From Paragordius varius (Eukaryota; Animalia; Nematomorpha): a stretch of DNA of 64,000 bases. The stretch is from positions 3,906,001 through 3,970,000 of the forward strand of contig OZ176057.1 of NCBI GenBank assembly GCA_964247055.1, in the 5' to 3' direction. Of the stretch, positions 48,761 to 62,100 are shown in pieces. Position 1 is the first letter of the stretch. Every line of letters starts with the position of its first letter. The position numbers and the translations under genes were made by a program. Under the pieces are notes generated by a model. That model was not told the DNA's origin. It made no database searches and was given only the letters and a program-made list of their open reading frames with translations.

Positions 48761-50647
48761 TAGCCTGATGAAATATATATATTTTGATAAGAATATATAT
48801 CAGGACTATAATGGTGCTTTTGGTTTTGGCCCTTACCAGTTATTTAAAAAAGATATTAACACTTTTGTTGTAAGTCCTTTACATCAGAAAATGGCAAAAT
48901 ATGCGCTTTTTAATTAAATTTTTTTGGATGAAACTTAGAGGCTTCAATCCAAAAAATATCATAAACTACATATATAAATAGCAAAACAATATCTTCAAAA
49001 AATTAATTTTTTGATGTGGCTCCGAAAGTCCCAAAATTTTGCTCAATTTAAAATGACTACTAATAAATTTAAAGTTAATGAACTGAATATCTCTTAGTTC
49101 CTGCAACGAAAAACGTGCATAGAATAAAACAACTTTTATTGTATTCATATATCAAAATTAAGTAATCTGACAAAAATAATTGATATATATATATATAATA
49201 AAATTTATGCGTAAAAGTATATATATATATAACATATTGTGAATGATATGAATAAATTGATGATATGTGTCGAGTTTGCGGGCCAATAATAGCTATATAT
49301 TATATATAGCTTGCTTAATAGTATGATATGGTATATAATCAACATAAAAAATATTTGCAATCAATTATAAATATTAATTTTAAATAGGTAATGATTAATA
49401 TATTTCAAAACGTACAATAATAAAATGTTTAATACAAGTTTGTTTGTGTGCTAGTTCACTAAAAAAGCACATTAAAAATCAATTTTTTTATAAAGTATAA
49501 TAAATTATGATAGCATATATAAATATTTATTTAAATTATTATATATAATGGAATCTACATAAAAAATATGACAAAATGCGTAAATGGATTATTCAATGTT
49601 GTTTTTGGGAGGGGAAAACATTTGATAAATATATATGTATGTATATATAAATAAATCAAAATGAATATTATTAGGCATGATTAGAGTGATAAAAACATCT
49701 ATATCTAATAAAATTCATTTAAAAGACAGTATATTATGATGGTTAAAATTACATGATCATAAACTACTCTTGAATGAAGTGTGTATGAAATCAGCAAAAA
49801 ACAGTGATTTAATAATTTTCAATAATATAAAGTTAATTTGAAATTAAAAAAATGTATTATAATTTTTTATATTTGTAGCTTTTTAACACGACTTTAAACT
49901 AAAATAAAATCCTTCAGTGTCTTTGGTGAAATCCATCAAATATAAGTTTTAAATGAGTTCTAGAATGAATTATCCCATTATCTCATTCGACAAACAATTG
50001 CATGCTTTGGTATTTCATATGAATTGCTAGTTGTTTTGAGACAACTTCCTTTTGAAGATAAACTTTTTTTGAATGTTGTTTGGAAAAGGCGAGAGAGGTA
50101 TATAAAAATATGTAAGTTTTGACTCGGAAAAACATAAAGAGCAAATAAAATATATCATATACCGCAATAAAATGTTGATTAAAATAACGATGAAAAAAGA
50201 GGACAAAAAAAATAAAATGGTAAACACATTGCAATGGGTGCCATATATATAATATATGATTCCGGGATAATAATAATATATTTTATATAAATGTATGAAA
50301 TTATTAATAGGAAGTGAATTTTTTTCTCAAATATATATATATGTGTATATAATAATTATGATATTATTTTTAAAAAAAGGAAATTTCGTTACACAATAAA
50401 ACAGCTAACGTATATCCACATGATTGAGTGAGAAATGCTTTTTCATTATAAACTATTTGATCATCTGTTATTGTGTAAGATGGAAAAGGAAGAGAGCGCA
50501 TTTTCCAAGCATTGATATGATTTAAAAAACAATTTTGACATGTATTTTTATAATATTTTTGGATTTTTCATTATTTTTATGATACATAATTTTAGATGAT
50601 ATATATATATATAAGCAATATGGCATTGTACAAAGATTTGAGTGTGG

Positions 50648-50696
<49 letters not shown>

Positions 50697-50877
50697 TCAA
50701 TATTATTAATTATCAATTATATGGTACATATATGGCCCGCAAATATATATATTTTTATATATATAAAGTATTATGTTTATTAAAAGTAATCATATAATAC
50801 TTCTCATCATATTATATCTAAAAAATCAATCAATCTAAAATATGATTAAATACCATATTTCTGTGGCGTTTACATTG

Positions 50878-50914
<37 letters not shown>

Positions 50915-52297
50915 ACATTATATCATTGGCGTATTAAACATACATATATATGGTATTTAAAGTATTATTGTTGTTTGTAATTTTATGCTTCAAGTTAAGC
51001 CGCATAGCCATAGCTTATTTTTAACCATGTCCTCCTCTTTTGTACAAATTACATTTTTTTGCGTTTTTAGAATAGATATAAAATACAAAATAATTTGATA
51101 AACTTTATAATCCAATATATATATATTTATATATATATATATAGGCGTATGGAAAAATTTTAAAATTTGTATTATATAAGCACCAAAATCTCAATCCAAT
51201 CTTTCGATAGAGAGACCAGTTTTGGGTTGGTCTGGTTTGCTTGCTAACAATACATGAAACACAAATTTTGATAAAATTATTGACTTTTAATGGATAATGT
51301 CATACATATATCTCAAAATTATAATACGAATAAATAATTATGTTGATTGCATATGAACATATTTATAATAGAATGAATATATTGGGAAAAGGACTAAACT
51401 TGATTATATAATATAGATATATATATACTTGTAATTATGAAATGTAATAGTAATCAATATATATATATATACATAAATAGTATGCAAATTTTACAATATA
51501 TCAAACACGATATGCGATATATATGGAATAAATAGAGATGAGAGGTGGTGCGCACGCGCGCGCATTTTTGCATGCAAAACAGCTGATTACATTAGTTTAT
51601 AATAAATGTCAAAATACTGGCTGACCTATAGAGTGTACATTTGTGATTTAATGTCTATTGATATTATAATGATTGGAGAGAGTAGGATAGGTTAAGAGAC
51701 AGAGATAGATTTAAGTGCAATTCAAATATTGTGAATGATAAAAATGGCCATACATAAAATGCTATGCTATGCTTTACTAGATAAAAAAATTAAATTATTT
51801 TTGCAATTTTTTTATCGTCGTCGCTTTTATGATATTCCATAATTTTGTTGTCATTTTTGTACTAAAAAAAGATATTGTAAAGTCAAAATATATATAAATT
51901 TTTTTATGTATGCGTGATTATTATAAAGTGTATCCAAACATGAAAATATATGATTGCAGCGTAATAATCACACCAAACTTGTTGAATTTTCTACCAGGTC
52001 ACGTGTGTTCTCTGTATATGTTATATCTTTCACTTCCTTCTTTATTTTGTCACTAGATAAGTACATAGGTACCTTCTTCGTATTTATTCGTGTATTTAAA
52101 GTCGGTTTTTTCAATTTCAGTTTTAAATACAAAACTTCATGGCTTTATGGGTAATCATTGAATAATGTAAGATATATATGCCAACTATTTAAGTATAGAT
52201 AGCTTTTACAAAGTATAGAATGTATCAGGATATATAGATAACGTGACATAATAAAAAATGATCATGTGATCGCATGCCAAAATTTAAGGGACATTTG

Positions 52298-55200
52298 TTA
52301 TTCATGTTGATTGGTAGTACTGTTGTTGTTACTATTATTGGCAGATGCCAAAATATCCGCTCCACACCCCGTTGCAGACATCTGATTGTGTCCTTGCCCA
52401 ACAACTGATGACGACGTGTTATTATTGTTTGCTATCAGCTGTTGTTTCCGTTTTTTCATGACAAGTTCAATGAGTATGGCTTGAAGTGTTTGTACATTTA
52501 TTCGGTTGGCCCAATCAGTATTGCCATTGCCATTACCGTTATGTATGAGTTTAAGGCATTCATGTAAAAATTCCTCGAAAAAGGCCGCATTCTGAGACGC
52601 TAAAAGTTCCAAAGCTTCACGTGATAACTTGGTAGAGAGTATGGGTATGAGTTTTGCCATATCCTCTTTCCCATTATTATTAGATGACGACGAAGTATTA
52701 TTGTTACAATTATTCGTGCTATTTAATGAATTGTTGGTATTCTTGGTTACCATGTTTGGTGTGGAACAATTGGTTAGATAATGAGTAGAGGGCGCTATTT
52801 TAGTAGCATTATTGTTTGTTATTGGCATTTCATTTGCATTCCTATTGTGCGGTGCTGTTGGAGTTGAAATTGATCCATTACTTAGAATGACAGTATTTGT
52901 TGAATTTAATATTAATGATGATTCTGAGAGAGACAAAAGAATGTTAATAAAATAAAATATATGTTAGTTTGTTTCGGCTAAATATACCAAAAAAACTAAC
53001 ATCAATAGCATATTTAATTTAATGTTATCAATTTAGTTAAAGATATCGTCATGGTAAAATGCGCCTATTTTAGCCCCTAAAAATTTAATTTTTCCTTGAC
53101 CTTATACAATGAGCTAGCTTATAAAATTGCTTTTAAAATCTATATTTGCCTTTTCAATTTTCACTGTATAAACATAAAAATAAAATTGTATATCATACCC
53201 ATTTGAAAATTATTTTGAAGCGAAGTTTTTTGTTGCATGGGGACAAATGCATTTTGGCCCATAAAATTTTGTGTAGTTTGTGGTTTGTTAGTGCTAAAAA
53301 GTGGTCCTATACGAGCATTATTTGTTATGTTGTTATTATTATTAATACCATTGCCGGCAGGATTACCAAAAACGTTATTATTTATTAAAGGCTCAAATTC
53401 TGTGGTAGAATTAAATGTGGAATTTCTTTCATTTTGATTATTTATATTGATATTATTATGATATTGAGAAATATTTACATCATTATTATTGCAATGTTTA
53501 TTGAAACCATTATTATTACCAAAGTGATTCATATTGAGAGGGGAATTAAATTTATTACCATTCGTGGCATTATGTGGGTGGGAATTACCAGCTGCCAAAA
53601 ACTTGGTAGAATGTTGTTGTTCCATCATCAAATTTGCATTATTGCCTCCCATATTGCTGGTATTATTATTAACATTACGCGCCCAAATATCAGTTCCATC
53701 ATCAATTTCTGGCATGGGGGGGTTCGCATGATGATCACCCACACTCGATTTATTATTGTTAAATAATAAGGAAGGAGCTGAAATCATATTCGTTCTAATA
53801 TATATATATGTATACATACATTTATTACACAAACTTTTAATAAAATATATGGTAATGATATTTGTTAAATACTAACAACACACTAAAATAATGTAATTTT
53901 ATATGTAAGTAGTCCTACATTGCGCAACTCTCTATTTAACAATCAAAATTTATATTCAATGTCCAACTTTAATAGTTACGACTAGGGTTGTGCATTTGAC
54001 TGCTTTTTCAAAAAAGTCCGGTCAGACCTGGTCAGATCATGGTCATGACCATTTTGCCTAATTAAATATCATGCGATATTAGATTGTGAAAATAATGTTT
54101 GAATGACACTTGCGTTCCACTAATAATGTCATGTTTTTTCTTAAAAGTTTATATTAAACATTTTTTTATATTTACAATATTTTCAATCAAATTTAATCAA
54201 GAATTTTGTTATAAAATAAATTTTGCCACATTCTTGTGGCCTTCTGTAAATTCAAATTCATAGCTTTTAATAATGGATATTTTAAATAAAATTTTACCTA
54301 GTTTGTTTTACACTTTCTTTCATCATTGTATCCAATACTAAAATGTTTTTACATTTTATTGGTTCATATATATAGAATAATCGCATATTTTGCAAAATGC
54401 TTGATTGTTTTATAAAATAACTGGATGCTAAATGCTAATATTATAAGGATGCATGTTTAACAATTTTATATTGTTAAATAAGCATATTTAAATATTTAAT
54501 TTATATTTTTAAAAAGTATATTAAAAAGCAATAAAGTCTTACTATCTCTCTTCCAAAAAATATTTATCAGCAATTTTTTTAAAAAACAGCTGTTTTTTTA
54601 AATGACCATGGTCAAAAAATAAATAGTCACTGACCTGGTTACGACCACATCAAGTGTGTTATATGAATTAAACAAGCTTACAAATGAAAAGAAAATAAAT
54701 TACAAACTTGTTAAACGTGGTGGTACCAGATAAAAAATTATTTGTGGTGTAAATGTTTGTTGAATTATTCATATGAGAAGCGGCGTTTTCCTTATTGTAA
54801 TAACTTTTTGCATCAATGCTATTTATCATATGATTATTATTATTGTGAACAAAATTGTTTGATTCCAATGCAGTATTGTAATTTTGATTAAGTGATGATG
54901 ATAAATTACTGCTATTTCCATTGTTCAACAGAGATGAATATGATTTCTTAAGGGCAGGAATCATATTATTAACGGAAGCGTTCAATTTTTGATTCTGTAT
55001 AAGCATCATATCAGATGTTAATGAGTTATTTTCAATGTTTCGTAGGTTGGAGGATTGGATTGTGTTGGCATATATGTTGTTATTATTATTGTTGATATTA
55101 TTGATATTTGCATTATTCTGATTGCTGGGTGGATACATTGGAAATACACCTACACACCATATATATATATATATATATATATATACCATTTAAACGATTA

Positions 55201-56154
55201 AAATTCACGCACGAACAATTAAACCCCCTTGAACAATTTAAATTCACCCTAAAAGAATAAAGTAAGTGTACTTTCTTTAATATAAAAAATTACTTATATT
55301 TTTTAAAAAACAAAATTTTGTTTAAATCAAAATAATAATGAAAAAAATGATAAACTATGTATGCCTTTAAAATATATTTTATAATAATGATGAGTTATAT
55401 TAGCTGGCCGAAAACACATAATTTATTTTTAGGGTGAATTTGAATTATAAAAGGTATATATATAGAAAAAATATATTTATCAAGGAATAACTAAAATGAA
55501 TATAAAAATTAGTTAATCCCGTCCAGTAATAAAATTTATGAGTTGCAGTATTATAAGTTAAATGTTTGCATAAAAATTTTATAAAAGAAGAAAGAGTCAT
55601 ATAAAAATGGATTGGTACATAAACCATTTCACAGTTGAATACAACCCAGCATATTTTTTTGAAATACAAATCTATTTCAAAAAAGCCAGGAATATCAATT
55701 TCAAGTATATAAAGAAAGAGAAAGAGACAAGAGGTATAAAAGACAAAATAAAAATCCAAAGAAAAACGAACAAACCTTCATGAGAATTCATGGGTATTGT
55801 TGGTTCATTATTATGATTGTACGTATTATTATTGTTGTTAGAGCGATGAAAATCATTAGGATTGCTTGATAATTTCCCGCTATAATTTGCGGCGTTATTA
55901 TAATGGGAATTACCATTACGGTTGTTTAGAGTAGTAGAATGAGGTACATTATCCAATACACTCAGCGATTCTCCATTAGCCATATCATTGATCAAATTGG
56001 GATTCCAATACATACTTGTTTCCTGGATGAACCACAAAAAAATGGATAAATAAGGTTTTAAATAGCTAAAATATGTGTTGTGTTTAAGCGCTCTTTGTTT
56101 TCAAAAAATGTCAACATTGTATATATGTAAACTATGATAAAATTATGTAAACTA

Positions 56155-56190
<36 letters not shown>

Positions 56191-59100
56191 ATGCTAAGAT
56201 AAGGAGAATATATTAAGGTCAGATGATCAAGCAAAATATACCATTTACAATTCAAATTCACCCATAAACAATTCAAATTCACCCTTGAACAATTCAAATT
56301 CACCCTTAAACAATTCAAATTCACCCTCAAATAAAATATATGTTTATTAAGATTAAAAATTACCTATATTTTATATATTTTTCAAAAATAAAAATTTTGT
56401 TTAAATTAAAATATTATTAAATAAATAATAAACTATACATAAACATATATTTCATATTAATAATGATTTATATTAGTTCGAAAACACATAATTAATTTTT
56501 AGGGTAAATTCACCCTCATGAATTTGAATTGTTCTAGGGTGATTTTAATTGTTCAAAGGTGAATTTGAACTCTAAATGGAATATATAAATATTGATGCTA
56601 AGATGGGCAAAATATAGTTAAGGTCAGCCTATCTTTATGTCTTTTTCCTGATCAAACAAAATACATAAATGATAAGAATGTTAACGAACAATATAATAAT
56701 GAGAGATGCGTCTTATATAAAGTTTTAAATTAATGGTAGATATATACGAATTATGATAATTTGCTTGTTTATAAAAACAAAACACGCGATTTATCCCAGA
56801 TTCTTGATTTAAAATGACTTCAAATTTTTCCATTTTCTCGTGTAACTTATTTTATATTTTCCCATTTGCGAGCATAATAAAGTAATATATATTATTAATT
56901 TTAAAAAAGTGGAACCGTTTCAGGCATGCTATTAAGACACATTTAAAGGGGCCGAACAAAATAATATATAAAACCAAAAGATCAACACATTTGTAGAATA
57001 GATAAGTGAATTATGCGGATCTTAAATTGGTTAAAAATAGATTAAAAACATTTAAATCACGTTTGTTCTTAAAAACTTCAAGTTGGTATCCGTACATATC
57101 AAGTCATTATTTATAACTTTATAAATCATTTTTTAATCCATCAACACATCAGTTCCCTATTAAGTATTTTCTCAAACACTACATACAAGTTGGTCCCTAA
57201 ACATATCAAGTTTCACCACTCCAAATTTATCACACTTAACACTTCAAGTTGGCCCTTAAACATATCAATTAACCTTGATTATTCTCGCTGTTAAACATAT
57301 ACTTAATAGTATATCATTTGTCTATTCAAGTACTCAGCTCAAACCAGTTAGCAAAAATTGCAAGGTACAGTGGAACAAATGAAAGAATATTTGTAGTAAA
57401 GAAATGAAGATTAGAGGTAAAGAGATGTAGTGAAAATATAAAAGAAAGGCCATGGTGCACGAGTAAGAATTAGGCAATGCCCATCAAGTAATAATTATTT
57501 TTTACTCTATTTTCTAATGAAGTAAAAGAATATTACGTCGTAGTATGGTGGCATTAATTACTCAATAAATGTCCTTCCTTTCCTTGTTTCTTTCACTAAT
57601 AGTAAAAAATAATGATTATTCGTGCACCATGGCCCTTAGTTTTTTTTTACTTTAACTAATATTCATTTCTTTATTCCTAATATTTATTTTTCTTTCACAC
57701 AAATATTTTTTTATTTAATCTCCTCCATTGTATGTATGTGTGAAAACGATTCCTCCCACCTGTTTAGCAGCTTCTACACTTTTCCAAACCCCAATTCCCC
57801 CATCCTCTCCGTCTTCGTCCTCATCATTTTCAGCATTATTTGTATTAACATTATTAGTATTTGCAAAATTGGATGTTCCACGGACCAGAGTACCATTCCC
57901 ATTGTAATAATCATTCATTTTTGTGCCACCATTGTAATTACCATTATTTGGATTTGCAGAGATTGTTGAGCTATAATTGTTGTTGTTAGATGATTCCGAT
58001 AAAATATTATTGCCATTTTGATTGTTATTGATATTATTATATGGAAATGTTTGTTGATGCGTTGATGATGATGATGGTAAATGAAAAAAGTTTGATGCAT
58101 TATTTACGTTATTCGTATTATTATGATTATTGGAGAGGGATGACCCAGTAGAAGAAGATAATTGGCGCAGCATAGGTAAACGAGTATCTGAATTTGCATC
58201 TAGACAATATAAAAAATTTAACAAAGGCTTTGTAATAGTTATTTTAGGTGAAAACATATTGAGTAGAGACCAATGGAGAGATATTTTATTAAATAACATA
58301 AATATCGCACGTAAATGATACATTTATAGCTTACAATCATTCAATTTAAAAATTTCGTGTTTTATATACAATGACACCTGTTTTGCACTGAAAGGCAGTC
58401 TAAATGGCATTATTTAATAATGATTTATAATTAAAAAATCGGATTCTTAACATGTGCCTCTACAGTAAAAATCTTTAAAAATAAAATAATTTTTTAAGCA
58501 AAACCACAATACCTTTGGTTAAAGTAGAAGTTCCGCCGCCCCCAGAAAACCAATAATTTGCTGTTTCATTCTCATTTTGATTATTATTACCATTATTATT
58601 ATTATTGGTGTTATTGTACATAAAAGATGAAGAACCACCAGCTGATCGAGGAGAAGATATATTTGAGGAAAAATTATCCGAATTTGATTTAGCATTGACA
58701 TTAACATTAGTAGCATTGAATGAAGCCATGCCATTCGGTTGTAGCCCACCTATTATCAAAAAAAAATTCAACCCCAATGCAAAGTCAAAAAAATCGTATT
58801 GTTTGTAATTGGTTAATAAGGAAGAACAATTAAATAAAAAATGAATAGCAAAATTATAGATATACAGCACAAAACTTTTACAAAACTTGATATTTCTTAT
58901 TATTATTTTCATTATTTAGAATAAAGTAATTAATGGTTAAATATATGGTTGAGATGCAATATAGCCTATTCACATCTCTCATATTTAACTATATTTGTCT
59001 TTAAAATAACATCTATGTATATATAAAATCTTTCTAACATACAAAAAAGGCATAATATAATCATTTTGCCATTTTATTCTGAAAGAAAATATTATACCCA

Positions 59101-62100
59101 TATTGGGGTTCAAACTGGAGGCATTATTTATATTTGCCGACATTTGTTGATTTAGCATAAAATTAACGGATCCAACTGTGTTTTGAGGAGCCATCATCAT
59201 AGAATTTGAATCATTTTGTGATTTCCAAAGATTTGTTCCTACATGAACATATATAAAGAATGAAGAAGTCCTATTTTTATAACAGGTATTTAATTTAAAA
59301 TATTAAAATGTATTAGTTTTTATTGGTATCATTTAGGCAAAGGAAGGAAGAATTAATATATCCCTATATAATTTGTGCATCTTTATACAAAAAAAACGGC
59401 CTTGACTATATAAAGGGATTATAAGGGTCATTCATAGGTGTAGAGGTGGTCCGCAATTACCTGGTAATGTATGCCTAAGAATAATACAGAGTAATAACTG
59501 CTAAATAACTGTATTGACGCTTTAAAATTCATAATAATCGATTCTAGCAAGATAATTGTAAAAAACAATGATGAAAATAAAATTTAAAGGTTAATAAAAG
59601 TTTAAAAAATAATGTATACGAAAAAAAACCCACTCATGACCATAGCAATAAAATTATCAAATACCCAAAGTGTTTGGATCAAAACTGCAAACAGCTGTTG
59701 ATGAGGTGTTGATACACGAAGAGGAACCCATATTCCTAACAGCAGTCGTCGGACCGGAAGCAAATGTCAAAGTTTCCTCATCATCGCCACACATATCCCA
59801 CGAGGTGTCCTGTTTGATTGGGATACGGCCCCAACCATTCGTTGTGTTTATAAATTGGCGAATTAGTTCGTCATTAACACCGCCGCCAGTTTCTCTCGAT
59901 TTTTCCGCGACATTTGTGTTTGTATTTGAATCAAAACTATTTACATTATTTGGTGTATTTGTGTTTGCATTTAAATTAGTAATGTCCGTTGGATATATCG
60001 TCTGCTGTGGTAATTGGTGAGGAAATGTATCGTCTGACGCAGTCGGTATTCGTGGTTGTTTTGTAAATCTATCTTCAACTTGATTGCCATTATTCATGTT
60101 ATTGCAATTATTATTACTAATATTATTATTGGAAATGTTGGGATTGCCAAAATTCTCACCAAAATGTGCGGAAGATAGGCCACTAGACCCAGATCTCAAC
60201 CCCAAGAATTCCGATGTGTTGCTTTTGTTATTTGAAGAAGCATTGGCATTTGCAGCCCATAAAGAAGTTCCTGTTATGTCCCGGTCATCATCTGAAACAG
60301 CGGTTGCTTTCATTTTTGTCATCGGTTCTGCCATCGCAGCGCCTGCAATAGCGCTTGAAAAACTTTTATTTGTGCTTGCGTTTGATGGCGTATGACTGGC
60401 AGAATTTTGGGTAGCATCACCACGGAAACCGCTACCGATGGAATTCCATTTATCATAATTGTTCCCAGTGTTCGGATAATTTGACGAAACTTTATTAACC
60501 AATCCACCACCCATTATGGAATCATTCATGTTTGTTCCATCTAAAGATGATGGACTAAACACATCATCAAAAGATTGTGCATTAATATTTCCAGTTTCGC
60601 TAGAATTCCCATTAAATGTATTATTATAAGGTGGAAATAACCGGTTTTCAAACCCCGACAAAAGGGACGATGACCCAGAAGGCGTTGATTTGTAATCAAA
60701 GGCCGAGGTCCCATCGCGACCCCCGAAAAAAGAATTCGTTGTCATATCACCCATTTTATTTAATGTAGCATTATTGGCATTTTTTGTATTGTTATAATTA
60801 TTGTTATTTTGGATCACAGACGTAGATGATTGAGTATTAAAATTATTATAATTAATATTGTGACTATTATCAAAATTACCAATACTACCTTTATTACCTA
60901 ATGTTTTTGGTGGGGGGAAGGGATTAAAACCCGCTGATGAGTTGTTGTTACAATCATCATTTACATTATTAATATTGGACGTGAGACTATTGTCACTAGT
61001 ATTTTTCCAAATGCTTTCAATATTATCACCTAATAGAGCGCCCATATTAAACATGGACGACAAGGAAGAGTTTGTATTATGGTGTTGTTGGTTTGTAATA
61101 TGGGAACTGTTTGTGACCATGTTAGAAAAAGAATCAAACTTCTTTCCAAATGCGCCACCACCACCACCATTAATACCAAGATTCGCTGAGGAAGAAACAG
61201 CAGTTGCGTTGTGGTTGCTGTTCCAAAATGCTGCACTATCACTGTTACCCGGAGTTGCCCCTGGCAACAGATTGGGTAAATTGTTGTGTGCCCAAAGCCC
61301 ATTCTTTACCCCAAATTTGGAAGAATGATTGAGATTATTGTTGGTAAAATTGTTTGGATTCGAATTGTTGTTAAGAAGCAAGTTTCCAGCCCCAGACATA
61401 CCATGGTGATGATGTTGATTATTTGTGTTCATCAGCATGCCTAAATTGAAAACATTAAAATTAATATCGTTAACATAAAGGAAACAAAAACTTAATGAAA
61501 ATTTTGACTTACCACAAAAAACTTAAACACTAACATAAATTCAAAGTTTTATAAATTATCATATGGGATATTTGATAGCCAATGTCGCAAAATAGCAAAT
61601 TTAGTGTTATTATTTTGTAGAAAAGGTGATCCTGATAAGAGGAAACACACAGCTATATCTGCAATCAATACCAATAATATTTAATATAGTTTAAAACAAT
61701 AATGTTCACTGCTCTTAAAAGGGTGATGCTAACAACAAAGGCAAGTTTGAACATCATTTTTTAACAAAAGAAAAGTGAAATAAATCGCGTCAGAATACAT
61801 TTTTTAAAACTTGATAGTCCATTACCAACTTCTATTTTATGGAAAAACAAATATTTTGCTTTAATAAAAATTTGTTTTTGATATGTATAATAAACCTTGG
61901 TGTCCGGCACCCATACTTCCCTGCAACAGTATATTGTTGTGGTTGTTTAAATTGGAACCACCGGCCGTCATATTGCCATTATTATTCATTCTAGCATTAG
62001 GAGCGTTAAGACTGTTTGAATTATTTAAATTTGCACCGCCGGTCACCAATGGCATAGGTGGCGGAATCCCGGGTGGAAGATGATTAAATGAATTTTGATA

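Noticed and set aside
51950-52140. Possible extra GW182 exon (MYLSSDKIKKEVKD...)
   Set aside because: No convincing acceptor and no similarity to PAM2/RRM. Treated as 3'UTR.
5333-56330. Numerous 60-110 aa ORFs rich in I/Y/F/K/N (e.g. YIYIYIY)
   Set aside because: They are products of (TA)n runs, AT-rich intron sequence or MITE arms.
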